Shown: one piece after another, positions 1 through 10,006 of the stretch | Layout of the letters: each line of letters starts with the position of its first letter | How positions within the stretch are numbered: the first letter of the stretch is position 1 | Assembly: GCA_963675495.1 (NCBI GenBank) | Contig: OY776215.1 | Coordinates: 2,016,001-2,080,000 of the forward strand | Length of the DNA stretch: 64,000 nt | Origin: an uncultured Methanolobus sp. | GTDB taxonomy: Archaea; Halobacteriota; Methanosarcinia; Methanosarcinales; Methanosarcinaceae | Reading direction: 5' to 3' | Position numbers and translations under genes: made by a program | The notes under the pieces: model-generated | The model's input: only the letters and a program-made list of their open reading frames with translations | Database searches by the model: none | What the model was told of the DNA's origin: nothing

Positions 1-1
1 T

Positions 2-538
2 TCAGGAGCACTGTATGTCCGCAAGGGAACAATTATTGAACCGATAGTTTTCGGAGGTAATCATGAAAATGGTATGCGCTCAGGAACTGAGAATATCCCG
101 GGTATTGTAGGTCTTGGGAAAGCAATGGCTCTTGCAAATGAGTTCCTGGATGCGGACTCACAACATATGAAAAACATGCGTGATTCCCTTGTTTCCCGGA
201 TATTTGATTCAATTGCAGATGTTCGCCTGAATGGCCATCCAACACAGAGACTTCCAAATAATGTAAACTTAAGTTTCAAGTATGCTGAAGGAGAATCCAT
301 GCTCATGCTTCTGGATATGAAAGGCATTGCAGTATCGACCGGTTCAGCATGTTCTTCCAAATCCTTGAAAGCATCCCATGTACTAAGTTCCCTGAATATA
401 GAGGATGATTACATACATGGTTCTCTGAGAATAAGCCTTGGAAAGGAGAATACTATGGAAGATATCGATCATGTTGTCGAGAGCCTTAAGGAAATAGTTT
501 TGAAGCTAAGGGAAATGTCCGCAATTTCCAGCCAATGA
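2..538 (+). CDS. iscS: Cysteine desulfurase IscS/NifS, C-terminal part (truncated by window start)
   Basis: Frame is open from base 2 (SGALYVRKG...). Contains RSGTEN and the catalytic STGSACSS motif; next to iscU. Confidence 0.95.
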   Translation, partial: SGALYVRKGTIIEPIVFGGNHENGMRSGTENIPGIVGLGKAMALANEFLDADSQHMKNMRDSLVSRIFDSIADVRLNGHPTQRLPNNVNLSFKYAEGESMLMLLDMKGIAVSTGSACSSKSLKASHVLSSLNIEDDYIHGSLRISLGKENTMEDIDHVVESLKEIVLKLREMSAISSQ

Positions 539-554
539 ATAGCAGGAGCAAGTC

Positions 555-923
555 ATGTATTCAAAGAAAGTTATTGAGGAGTTCAGCAGTCCACAGAATG
601 TGGGAAGTATAGAGGATGCTGATGGTGTGGGTGAGATTGGAAGCACTGTCGATGGTGATATAATAAATATATCTATTAAGGTAAAGGACAATGTTATTGA
701 AGATGTCAAATTCAAGACATTTGGTTGTGTTGTCGCTATTTCCACATCAAGCATGGTAACGAATCTGGCAAAGGGAAAGACGGTTGATGAAGCTCTTAAG
801 CTAACAAACGAAGATGTCATCAATGCCCTTGATGGTCTTCCCGAGGGGAAGGACAGGTGTTCGGGCTTTGCTCTTGATGCTCTTAAGATGGCAATCGAAG
901 ATTACCAGCAAAAAAACAAATGA
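555..923 (+). CDS. iscU: IscU/NifU-family Fe-S scaffold protein (atypical ligands)
   Basis: YSKKVIEEF..P.NVG start, FKTFGC, GLP..K..C; directly follows iscS. Confidence 0.9.
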   Translation: MYSKKVIEEFSSPQNVGSIEDADGVGEIGSTVDGDIINISIKVKDNVIEDVKFKTFGCVVAISTSSMVTNLAKGKTVDEALKLTNEDVINALDGLPEGKDRCSGFALDALKMAIEDYQQKNK

Positions 924-945
924 TACTTAAAAAAGGTGACTTCTT

Positions 946-1299
946 ATGAAAACAACATGTGAGATTATGGTTCAACGGGTACTGCCTGCTATACGTGCAG
1001 AGCTTGCCAGATGTATGATCTGGGAGCATGGAAAAAATCAGCAGGAAGTTGCAGATGTATTGGGACTTTCAAGAGCTGCTGTTTCCCAGTATCTCAATGA
1101 TAAACGTGGTGCTGAGGTGGATTTTTCAGATGAGGCCCAGCAGGAGATCAAGAGGTTTGCTACCAGCCTGCTTGATGGAATGAAACCCAGGGATCAGGTT
1201 GCTGGGATGTGTAATGTATGCAAGTTCGTCCAGCGTTCCGGTTGGCTCAACAAGAATGAACCGGATGCCGGTTATTGCATTCTTTGCGGAGATGACTAA
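946..1299 (+). CDS. Archaeal HTH transcriptional regulator with Cys motifs
   Basis: QQEVADVLGLSRAAVSQYL helix-turn-helix, CE..V..VLPAIR N-terminus, two CxxC. Confidence 0.8.
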   Translation: MKTTCEIMVQRVLPAIRAELARCMIWEHGKNQQEVADVLGLSRAAVSQYLNDKRGAEVDFSDEAQQEIKRFATSLLDGMKPRDQVAGMCNVCKFVQRSGWLNKNEPDAGYCILCGDD

Positions 1300-1304
1300 G
1301 TTCA

Positions 1305-2528
1305 TTGACGTCAAATCTTTGCATAAAATGTAAGGGCAAAGGTCTTTGTGGGCGGCCAAGATGTCCTATCCTGGAGAAATTCAAGTCCATAGAGTCAGTA
1401 ATTCCAAGTTCCTCCGGAGATTCTTCTATTTTTGGGGCATCGCCTCCATCTGTTTTTGTAGGAAGGCACAACTATCCTGAAGTAAAAGCAGGCCCTATGA
1501 TCCCGCCTGAGCTTGGCGGGGATGAGGCAATGCTACTTGAAGATCCCAAAGCCTTGCTGAAGATGAATATACAGGATGTCATATCATCCCGTTCGCAACT
1601 TGTCAGGGCCAATACAGGTATCAATGTGAAAAATGCACGTTCTCCTGATAACCAACTAATTGAGAGGTCTCAGGAGTTAGCTCTTTCTAAAAAACCCGTG
1701 GATACGGAAGCGTGGTTCAATAAACCCATAAGTAACAAACTCAAATTTGATAATGTCCTGACACCAATGGGTCCTTCAGGTGACCTTAAAAAGTTTGACA
1801 TTGCTGAAAATCCAACAGTTCCAAAAAAAGTTGATTATCTCGTATATGATGATGATGCATTGGCAAAGGATGTCGTCTCCGAGTTATGGGGTGGCAATAT
1901 CCCGGCAGAACACATCACACGTCTTCTTTCTATAGGTCTTTTAGGCCAGGAACGAAAACTTGTCCCAACCCGTTGGTCTATAACCGCAGTCGATGATATG
2001 GTGGGGAAGGATCTTCTTGAAGGCATCAGGGACTACCAGCAGCTAAGTGAGGTAATGGTTTTTAGTGGTGGTGTATTTGGCAATCACTTTGAAATTGTTT
2101 TCATTCCCCGTATGTTCTCATTTGAATTAATGGAAGTCTGGATGCCACGTACTGTCTGGTCTGGGGGAGATACGTGGATTGGTGCAGACCATGAGGATTT
2201 TGGTGGAAAAAAGAAATATTCTAACCTTGCAGGAGGTTACTACGCAGCTCGGTTGGGTGCACTGGAATATCTTTATTCCATACGCAGACAGGCAACCGTA
2301 TTCATGGTTAGGGAAATAAGGCCAGAATACTGGGCACCTCTTGGTGTGTGGGTTGTAAGGGAAGGTGTAAGGGAGGCTTTCAGCCATGAGCCGGAAAGAT
2401 TTGAATCTATTGAACAGGCACTTGCAGATATTTCAACCCGCTTGAAGACTCCTTCTTCCGAATGGCTGCCAAAGGCGGCATTATTGCCTGATGTGCGTTT
2501 CCAGAGGACACTTGACTCTTTCTTCTAA
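1305..2528 (+). CDS. nreA: DNA repair protein NreA (PCNA-interacting)
   Basis: N-terminal CxxCxGxxxCxxxxCP, LVPTRWSITAVD, GGYYAARL, C-terminal PIP box QRTLDSFF. Confidence 0.9.
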   Translation: MTSNLCIKCKGKGLCGRPRCPILEKFKSIESVIPSSSGDSSIFGASPPSVFVGRHNYPEVKAGPMIPPELGGDEAMLLEDPKALLKMNIQDVISSRSQLVRANTGINVKNARSPDNQLIERSQELALSKKPVDTEAWFNKPISNKLKFDNVLTPMGPSGDLKKFDIAENPTVPKKVDYLVYDDDALAKDVVSELWGGNIPAEHITRLLSIGLLGQERKLVPTRWSITAVDDMVGKDLLEGIRDYQQLSEVMVFSGGVFGNHFEIVFIPRMFSFELMEVWMPRTVWSGGDTWIGADHEDFGGKKKYSNLAGGYYAARLGALEYLYSIRRQATVFMVREIRPEYWAPLGVWVVREGVREAFSHEPERFESIEQALADISTRLKTPSSEWLPKAALLPDVRFQRTLDSFF

Positions 2529-2633
2529 TCAGCCCTATATAGTTTATTTATTGCTATATAGTATATGGTAAGCACATTTATCTCAAAGTCTTCACTTTTG
2601 CATACTAAATCTATATAGTGGAGAATATTATCG

Positions 2634-3671
2634 ATGAGTCTTTTTGATCCTCTCGTATTGTTATTGGTTGCAGCAGGTCTGTATATGGCATGGAATATAG
2701 GTGCCAATGATCTTGCAAATGCAATGGGAACGTCAGTAGGCAGCGGGGCGCTGTCTATCAAACAAGTAATTATCATTGCAGCTGTTTTTGAGTTTGCAGG
2801 TGCCGTACTCTTTGGAAAAAGAGTTACGTCCACTATTGCAAAGGGCATTGTCCCTGTTGATTCTATCAGTCTGATCGATCCTCATCTTGTGGCACTTGGA
2901 ATGCTTGCAGCCATTCTTGCAGCCGGTTTCTGGATCACATTTGCCACATTTTACAACCTTCCTGTATCTACAACCCATTCAATTGTAGGAGCTGTCCTTG
3001 GATTTGGTTTAATGGCAGCATACTATGGGATTATCGGTTTTGAGGAAATAAAGTGGACTGTACTTGCTAAGATAGTTGGCAGTTGGCTGGTTTCACCACT
3101 CCTTGGAGCATTACTAGCTTATATTATATTTTCCATCATCAGGTATTTCATACTTCAAAAAGCGGATGATCCTTATAACGTTGAGAAAAAGTTTGTCATT
3201 CTCCAGACAATGACTGCATGCTACATTGCCTTTGCACATGGTTCTAATGATGTCGCAAATGCCATCGGACCTCTTTATGCGGGATTGCACGCACTTGAGA
3301 TGGCAGGCCTAAGTATTCCTTTATGGGTAATGGCTCTTGGAGGTATTGGGATGGTCATAGGACTTGGTACCTGGGGATACCGTGTAATTGAAACCATCGG
3401 TACACGCATAACCGAACTTACTCCTACAAGGGGATTTTCAGCAGAACTTGCCACAGCTTCTGTGGTGGTTTTGCACAGTTACAGTTCCCTCCCAATATCA
3501 ACAACTCACACACTTGTGGGTTCAGTTATAGGTGTTGGCCTTGCAGGCGGTCTTGCGGCGGTTGATTTAAGTGTTATCGGAAAGATAGTTGTTTCCTGGG
3601 TAATTACTGTGCCTGCAGCAGCACTTACATCTGCTCTTATATTTGCAGGATTATTGGGAGTCGGAATATGA
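2634..3671 (+). CDS. pit: PiT-family inorganic phosphate transporter
   Basis: GANDLANAMGT and HGSNDVANAIGP signatures, P(V/I)STTH twice. Confidence 0.95.
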   Translation: MSLFDPLVLLLVAAGLYMAWNIGANDLANAMGTSVGSGALSIKQVIIIAAVFEFAGAVLFGKRVTSTIAKGIVPVDSISLIDPHLVALGMLAAILAAGFWITFATFYNLPVSTTHSIVGAVLGFGLMAAYYGIIGFEEIKWTVLAKIVGSWLVSPLLGALLAYIIFSIIRYFILQKADDPYNVEKKFVILQTMTACYIAFAHGSNDVANAIGPLYAGLHALEMAGLSIPLWVMALGGIGMVIGLGTWGYRVIETIGTRITELTPTRGFSAELATASVVVLHSYSSLPISTTHTLVGSVIGVGLAGGLAAVDLSVIGKIVVSWVITVPAAALTSALIFAGLLGVGI

Positions 3672-4360
3672 TAAAGAAAGAGTATATCCGTTCTGTATTG
3701 AACATATTTGCAAGTTCTCCTTTCAAACCACTGGTGATGCATGCCAATAAAGGAGGCGATTGTGCAAGGAAACTCAACGAGTCCCTGCTTGCTTTCTGCG
3801 ATGGTGATATGGAAAAAGTTGAAGAACTGAACCGTGAGATAGATGTAATTGAGCACGAAGCCGATGTCATCAAACAGACCATTCGTTCTGAGTTGTCCTC
3901 ATCCATTATGCTTCCTGTACATGCTGATGATCTGTTAAATTTTCTGAAACCACAGGACTCGATATCAGATGAGGCTCAGGAAGCGGCATTCTGGCTTACT
4001 GTCAGGAAGTTCGATGCTCCTCCCGAAATTCGTGAGGGATTCATTGACCTCATGGAAAAGACCCTTCAAACCGTGGAAATGTATGAGGTTCTTGTTTCAA
4101 CCCTTGGCGAGTTACTGGAAACATCCTTTAGTAAAAGGGATGTTGAAGAAACTCTCCAATTTGTAACGAAAGTCGAGGAAATGGAACATCATGTCGATGT
4201 TATTGAAAAGGAACTTATGAAAACGATCTTTAGAAATGAAGATACTATTGGTGCACTTGGTGTATATCATCTGGCCCGTCTGGTGAGGGGTATCGGAGAC
4301 ATTGCAGACAAGTCCGAGCATGCAGCAGACAGATTAAGGACAATGGTTTTGAGAAGGTAA
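3668..4360 (+). CDS. DUF47/PhoU-like phosphate transport regulator
   Basis: Duplicated EHEAD / EHHVD helical motifs; ATGA overlap with pit. Confidence 0.9.
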   Translation: MIKKEYIRSVLNIFASSPFKPLVMHANKGGDCARKLNESLLAFCDGDMEKVEELNREIDVIEHEADVIKQTIRSELSSSIMLPVHADDLLNFLKPQDSISDEAQEAAFWLTVRKFDAPPEIREGFIDLMEKTLQTVEMYEVLVSTLGELLETSFSKRDVEETLQFVTKVEEMEHHVDVIEKELMKTIFRNEDTIGALGVYHLARLVRGIGDIADKSEHAADRLRTMVLRR

Positions 4361-4374
4361 TCACCTTCTCATTA

Positions 4375-5826
4375 TTATCTGTGAAGACAATTGTCTTCGT
4401 TCATCTTTTTAAGCAGTTCGACAACGGAATAAGCTGCGCGGGTTATGCCCATGCTTCTTTTATCAGTATCTGTTCCGGCTGTGTAAAGCCCGTTGATTGG
4501 TGTTCTCACATCGGCAAAATAGCCATCTATCGTCACAGCAGCTTTTTCAGGGATAGTTATCTGATTGTGCTTCATTTCTATATGGTCTTCTATTCCCGGG
4601 ATAGCCTTATAGATCGTTTCATATGCTTTCTTTGTCTGCACATCTTCATTCTTCTCCCCATCAATTATGAATGTGAAACCAACGAGTTGTTTTCCTTTTG
4701 GTGCCAGCGAAGCATCGTAGTTGCTTATCGGCATAGCCCAGTAAGGTGATTCCTTGAACCATATTTCCGAGCCGATATAATTGAACTCGTTCATCATAGA
4801 ATCCAGTCCGGTCCATACAGTAAGGCTCTTGGTGTGTACAACTCCTTTAAGTTCCTGTATGTATGAGTTCGGAAGACTTTCTATCATGGAAGGAAGGTCT
4901 GTAACAAATCCTGTGTATACGACTTTACTGGCATTGTATACCTCATCAGCCTCAACACCAGTTATCTTGCCTTTGTCGGTAAGTATTTTTTTTACCCGAC
5001 AGCCTGTCTTGATCTCCACAGTCTTTGGAAGTGAGGACAAAAGGGCATTAAGAAGAGCTTTCAATCCTTTTCGGGGATATCCCTGGGAGTAGCTGACCTT
5101 GTTCGTTGCAAGTCTTCCAAGGGATGTGAAAGGATTGGACACTTTATTGATTCTTGTCTGTAATGAAGCATGTAGATTTGGTGGAAGTATTGTTCTTGGA
5201 ACAGGTTCTACAGCCATCTTCTCATTAGATTTCATTATATTCTCAAGCTGTTCTTCCGGTACACTGTCGCGCACAAAGCTACTGCCTGCAAGAATTCTCT
5301 GCGCAGATGTCTGTTTCATGTCCTTACCTGAAAGGAAGTGACATATGGTGTCTACAAAGTCACATGTATCTGCTGAAAGGTTACCTGGCATGAATTCATA
5401 TACTGATTGCTTTTCCAGATCAGTTCCAAATGTAGAAAGGGTGAGTGCTTTAGTGATAGCCTGTGTGAGGACCATCCTGTCCTTACGCGGAAGAACATCA
5501 AATGTGACAAATTCCTTGATATTTGAGGGGACTTTCATGAACTGGTTCTCAGTTCTTATGTAGTAATTTCCGTAGTCCTCAAAGACCGGAACGTAATCAA
5601 AATAATTATCCATGAGCCTTCTCAGAGGACCCACTTGAAGGTGTGTTATTGCATGGGCACCTGTGTCCACCTGGAAACCATCAACCATGTAGCTATTACA
5701 GTTACCGCCCACAATGTTATCTTTTTCAAGTACAAGTACTTTATTTCCATGTTTAGAAAGGGTGAGTGCGGACAAAAGCCCGCTTATACCTGCACCCACG
5801 ACTATTACATCGTAATTTTCCATCAT
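4375..5826 (-). CDS. FAD-dependent oxidoreductase, phytoene desaturase-like
   Basis: GAGISG Rossmann motif, GG...S...DGFQVDTGAH, TPINGLY.AG. Confidence 0.85.
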   Translation of the reverse strand: MMENYDVIVVGAGISGLLSALTLSKHGNKVLVLEKDNIVGGNCNSYMVDGFQVDTGAHAITHLQVGPLRRLMDNYFDYVPVFEDYGNYYIRTENQFMKVPSNIKEFVTFDVLPRKDRMVLTQAITKALTLSTFGTDLEKQSVYEFMPGNLSADTCDFVDTICHFLSGKDMKQTSAQRILAGSSFVRDSVPEEQLENIMKSNEKMAVEPVPRTILPPNLHASLQTRINKVSNPFTSLGRLATNKVSYSQGYPRKGLKALLNALLSSLPKTVEIKTGCRVKKILTDKGKITGVEADEVYNASKVVYTGFVTDLPSMIESLPNSYIQELKGVVHTKSLTVWTGLDSMMNEFNYIGSEIWFKESPYWAMPISNYDASLAPKGKQLVGFTFIIDGEKNEDVQTKKAYETIYKAIPGIEDHIEMKHNQITIPEKAAVTIDGYFADVRTPINGLYTAGTDTDKRSMGITRAAYSVVELLKKMNEDNCLHR

Positions 5827-5855
5827 ATCCCCTCATTACGAGTAAATGTGTGTGC

Positions 5856-6578
5856 TTATTCAAAGATCTCAGGCACTATGCGCTTTGCAACTTCTTCGTA
5901 TGTTTTTGAAAGATCTCCCTTGTCAAAACGGAAAATATCCTTGTCCATTGACTGTCCGGTGCTCTTGTCCCAGAATCTGCACGTGTCGCATGAGATCTCA
6001 TCTGCTACAACGATCTTGCCGTCAACTCTTCCGAACTCAAGTTTAAAATCAGGAAGGAGGAATCCTTTTTCGTCAAGGTATTTCACGAGTATATCGTTGA
6101 TCTTCAATGCCATTGCACGGATCTGCGCAATCTCTTCATAAGTTGCAATTCCCATGGCAACAGCGATATCTTCGTTCATCATTGGGTCGCCATGCTCATC
6201 GCTCTTGTAGTCCATCACAAGTACGGGGCTTTTGAACACAGTACCCTCTTCTATTGGGTATTTGCGTGTAATGGAACCTGCAGCAATGTTACGTGGAATT
6301 ACTTCTATAAGTATTATCTCAACAGCCTGAACAAGCATCTCGGTACCGGATACCATTTCTATATAGTGTGTAGGGATACCTTCCTCTTCAAGCATCTCAA
6401 AGATCTTTTTGGAGATCTGGGCATTGTAATAACCTTTGTTCTTTGCTTCACTTTTCTTTTTACCATCAAATGCCGTGAGACTGTCCCTGAACTCTGAGAT
6501 GAGTTTCTTTGGGTCATCTGTTTTGTAGATGGTCTTCGCTTTTCCTGAATACAATTCTTCCTTTTTCATTTTTATCAT
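5856..6578 (-). CDS. purC: SAICAR synthetase
   Basis: [34 protein letters not shown]. Confidence 0.97.
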   Translation of the reverse strand: MIKMKKEELYSGKAKTIYKTDDPKKLISEFRDSLTAFDGKKKSEAKNKGYYNAQISKKIFEMLEEEGIPTHYIEMVSGTEMLVQAVEIILIEVIPRNIAAGSITRKYPIEEGTVFKSPVLVMDYKSDEHGDPMMNEDIAVAMGIATYEEIAQIRAMALKINDILVKYLDEKGFLLPDFKLEFGRVDGKIVVADEISCDTCRFWDKSTGQSMDKDIFRFDKGDLSKTYEEVAKRIVPEIFE

Positions 6579-6710
6579 CCTTTTGTATTTGTTATTGTTT
6601 GATTATCTTTATACTTGATGTTCTATAATTATTTATGTCTTAATTTATGTAGCATTAATGTATTATTATTGCATACTAAATGTTATTATTATACAGATTG
6701 CTTATTATAG

Positions 6711-7142
6711 GTGAACAATATGGAACAGGAACTTATGCGTATTGGGGTATCTCTTCCCGAAAATCTTCTAACTAAATTTGACACGATCATTGAACAGAGG
6801 GGTTATTCTTCCCGTTCAGAGGGAATAAGGGATTCTATCAGGAACTACATTACCCACTATGAATGGATGAGTGATGTAAAAGGCAGGCGTGTGGGTACTA
6901 TCACTTTGATATATGACCATACAAAGCGTGGCCTTTCAAGCGCTCTTACTGAAATACAGCATGATTATTCTCATATTATTAAGTCTTCCGTCCACATTCA
7001 TCTTGATCATGACAACTGTCTGGAAGTCATAATACTGGATGGTGAAGGTGAAGAAGTAAAGCAGGTTGCTGAGAGGACAATGGCACTCAAAGGTGTCAAT
7101 TACGTCAAACTCAATACTGCCCTCCCAACTGAGAAAATATAA
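6711..7142 (+). CDS. nikR: Nickel-responsive regulator NikR
   Basis: Ribbon-helix-helix RIGVSLP...[22 protein letters not shown]. Confidence 0.96.
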   Translation: MNNMEQELMRIGVSLPENLLTKFDTIIEQRGYSSRSEGIRDSIRNYITHYEWMSDVKGRRVGTITLIYDHTKRGLSSALTEIQHDYSHIIKSSVHIHLDHDNCLEVIILDGEGEEVKQVAERTMALKGVNYVKLNTALPTEKI

Positions 7143-7144
7143 AT

Positions 7145-7504
7145 TTATAGTCCATTTTTAAATGAGGATTCTATAGTCCTCAACATTTTTTCACCGGGTT
7201 CTGTAAGATAATATGTCTGAAAATTCTTGTCTCTTCTTGAGTCTACGAGCTCTGCATCCTTGAGTAGTTTAAGATGATATGAAAGTGCAGAATGTTTATA
7301 ATCGGTAATCTCCACAAGTACGCAGACGCACAGTTCGCTTATCTGTAGGGCTTTGAGGATACGTATCCTTACTGGATCGGAAAGCACCTTAAAAAGAGAC
7401 ACTAGTTTATCAACATTTTCATCCATGGCCTCATGGACTTTCAGGGTTATTGCATCTGGAAGTATGTACGGTTCCTTGCTTCCACTTATTTCCTGTATTG
7501 TCAT
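7145..7504 (-). CDS. ArsR/SmtB-family regulator
   Basis: FKVLSDPVRIRIL, ELCVCVL, SALSYHLKLLK. Start ATG 7504 inferred; ORF extends to 7528. Confidence 0.88.
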   Translation of the reverse strand: MTIQEISGSKEPYILPDAITLKVHEAMDENVDKLVSLFKVLSDPVRIRILKALQISELCVCVLVEITDYKHSALSYHLKLLKDAELVDSRRDKNFQTYYLTEPGEKMLRTIESSFKNGL

Positions 7505-8137
7505 CTGTTGGATTATTATAAGGTTCAACAGATTAATAGGTTTTGCAATAATATCTATCTAATATATGTGTAAAAAGGACATATTCCAGGTTCTTTTATT
7601 AATAAACTCAGAGACGTTTTCTTGCATTTTGCCTGTTTCACTGCTTAATCCGAAAAATCGATTTGACTGGCAATTTTATCTGAATTTCTCAAATTAATCG
7701 ATGCAGGTTAAAGGTATAATTCTTTATATTCTCGGAAAGAATGTGGCTGAATGTTGTTCCTTTCAATTTTTAATTAATACATTTCGTTTTTTGTTGGGTT
7801 AAGTTCGAATAAAGGATATCTCCTCATTATTTGGGAATGTAGCCAACTCTTAAAAAATCCGCAGTGTCAAATAATCAATTTTGTAGAGTTCAAATCCGAT
7901 TCATTGCATAACAAGTCTGTGATATAGGTAACAAGAAAAAACGGAACTATTAATGTTAATTTATATTGTTCTTTTTAAAATAGGATCAAGCAAATTCTCG
8001 AAGTTGTTATTTTTGTAGAGGCTCTATTTTTCTATACTTTAAAGGCGTTTGAATTTTCAATTGCATCAAATAGTCTCATACCTATATACAATTCACAAGA
8101 AATCATACTATATAGTGTAGATATCAATTTAGGAACT

Positions 8138-8208
8138 GTATACCAACAATGTAGTGGGAGTGGTATCTTATAAAACACCAGTGTGGGAACTGGTGTTTCT
8201 CTATTTTT
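8138..8208 (+). ncRNA. Candidate small RNA with two hairpins carrying GUGGGA loops
   Basis: TATA-like ctatatag at 8108-8115; stems atacca/tggtat and aaacaccagt/actggtgttt; T-rich tail. Confidence 0.4.
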
Positions 8209-8659
8209 ACTTATGACAATGTGGTCATCGTTTTCTTTTTTGTTTTGACAAAAGTACTGAGCCTATATTCAAATAGTGACTATGTTCCATTTGTTGCAGT
8301 ATTTACTTCGGTTTTTATGGGTTTAGTTATAACACTTTTCTTGTTTACCTCTTCCCTTCGCTATTCATACAGATTATATAGGTTGTATTATACCAAATCT
8401 GTACTCAGTGTGTAAACTTCTATTTCCTACCTGAATATGAGTTTGTTTTGATATTTTTGCATTTAATCTAAATCATCAAAATATTTTATCATCAAAAATC
8501 TCAGCATAAACAATATATTTTCAATTTCTTAGCTTGACCGAATAATACTCACATTGACCAAAAATCCGTGTTGTTGCTTGCTAAATAACCAAATTTTCGG
8601 ACAAAGCGCTGTTTCACAGCATCGTGGAGATTATTACTAATTCCTGCGGGATTTTGTTG

Positions 8660-10006
8660 TCAATACCACACTCTCAATATTCCGGTGTCAATTCCCACTC
8701 CAATAGCAACACTTTCATTCTTCAGGGTTACAGCTGCAATATTGGTATTCAATCTACCTTCAAGCGGAAGGTAGCCATTTACATGAACCCCATCTTCATT
8801 GTGTTCCAGTATTGCCAGTTCCCTGTAATCTTGTGTCGGAACCATCAATTCGAAATTGGTATCAGTGTCGAAGTTGCCTGCAAGTGCCATGTCCAGATTC
8901 CTCGATCCGGCTAAATGGGAACTGTATCCTGAAAGACTCGAAGAAACCTGTAGTTCGTCTTCTTCCAGTCTGTAGAATTCTGCAACTCCTCCAATGTGTG
9001 GTGTGAGCAAATCCACTATCTCTGTTTCTCCTTCCGGTCCAAATGGTGCAACAGCTATCTGGTGTCTCCATCTATATCCGGTTCCGGCACTTGACCCGGA
9101 TGCCATAATTGTCCCATTTTCATCAAAAACCACGAGTCTTGCACCTTCATTTGCATTGCTTAAAGTGACAATTATCTCGCGTATTCCGTCTCCATCAAGG
9201 TCAGCCCATAAAGGGGCTATCCCTTCAATGACATCCCCATCAGGAATATCGATGATTTTAGCAATTGCAGGTATTCCTGCAGTTTCGATAAGTGTGATAC
9301 TTGAAGCCTCTAGGCTGTCGCCCAGCACTCCATGTTTGTAATCTTCAGTTGGACCCGTTAGCAATAATATCCTTTCTTCTTCATCAACCAGCAGGCGTGC
9401 GTCGGGAAGGGCATTGACTTCAAGGCGTGCAGATTCCCTGTCATTGACTCTGAACACGAGGTCTCCGCTTGTTTCTATAAATACTGTCCTTCCTGAGTTT
9501 GGAAGAACGATAGGATGGCTTAATAGTGATTCATTCCACAATCCCGGTGCAAGCAAAAATGCCTCTTCATTCTTGATCATAAGTATTGGAGGGCTGTCGG
9601 CATGGATCTTAGCAGGACTTATGCTTATCTCTTCCAGCTCACCATCAGACAGCTCAAAGGCTTTTACTGTGCCGTCATCGAGTACAACAGCCCAGATGCT
9701 TCCGTTGTTCGAATTTGCTGCAATTACCCATTCAGGTTTGCCTGACAGCTCTACATCTGTGTGGTCTGCGCTCATGATGTCGATGTTACCTTCTACAATC
9801 CTGTTCCCGTCAGGCTGCTGATATGTGTATGCCAGTGTAAATGGTGTTCTGTAATTGAAAGTGCAGTAATCGCAGTCCAGTATTTCTTCAGGTATTATGA
9901 TTTCTTCTTGTGAATCCCTTGTATCATTCATTGCCATGGCAACGAGAACTATGACAGCAAGCATTCCAAGAAGCATAGCTGTCATTTTTCTATTTCCTGC
10001 CATCAT
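8660..10006 (-). CDS. Membrane-anchored secreted protein with FG-GAP/DxDxDG-type motifs
   Basis: N-terminal hydrophobic helix, WADLDGDGIREII, GNFDTD. ATG 10006 overlaps the ATPase TGA. Confidence 0.75.
   Translation of the reverse strand: MMAGNRKMTAMLLGMLAVIVLVAMAMNDTRDSQEEIIIPEEILDCDYCTFNYRTPFTLAYTYQQPDGNRIVEGNIDIMSADHTDVELSGKPEWVIAANSNNGSIWAVVLDDGTVKAFELSDGELEEISISPAKIHADSPPILMIKNEEAFLLAPGLWNESLLSHPIVLPNSGRTVFIETSGDLVFRVNDRESARLEVNALPDARLLVDEEERILLLTGPTEDYKHGVLGDSLEASSITLIETAGIPAIAKIIDIPDGDVIEGIAPLWADLDGDGIREIIVTLSNANEGARLVVFDENGTIMASGSSAGTGYRWRHQIAVAPFGPEGETEIVDLLTPHIGGVAEFYRLEEDELQVSSSLSGYSSHLAGSRNLDMALAGNFDTDTNFELMVPTQDYRELAILEHNEDGVHVNGYLPLEGRLNTNIAAVTLKNESVAIGVGIDTGILRVWY

Noticed and set aside
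7560-8100. AT-rich gap as a possible hidden gene or CRISPR array
   Set aside because: No ORF of 60 aa or more in the track, the frames I read stop early, and there are no regularly spaced repeats
8221-8415. 64-aa hydrophobic ORF
   Set aside because: No ribosome-binding site or motif; explained by T-rich composition
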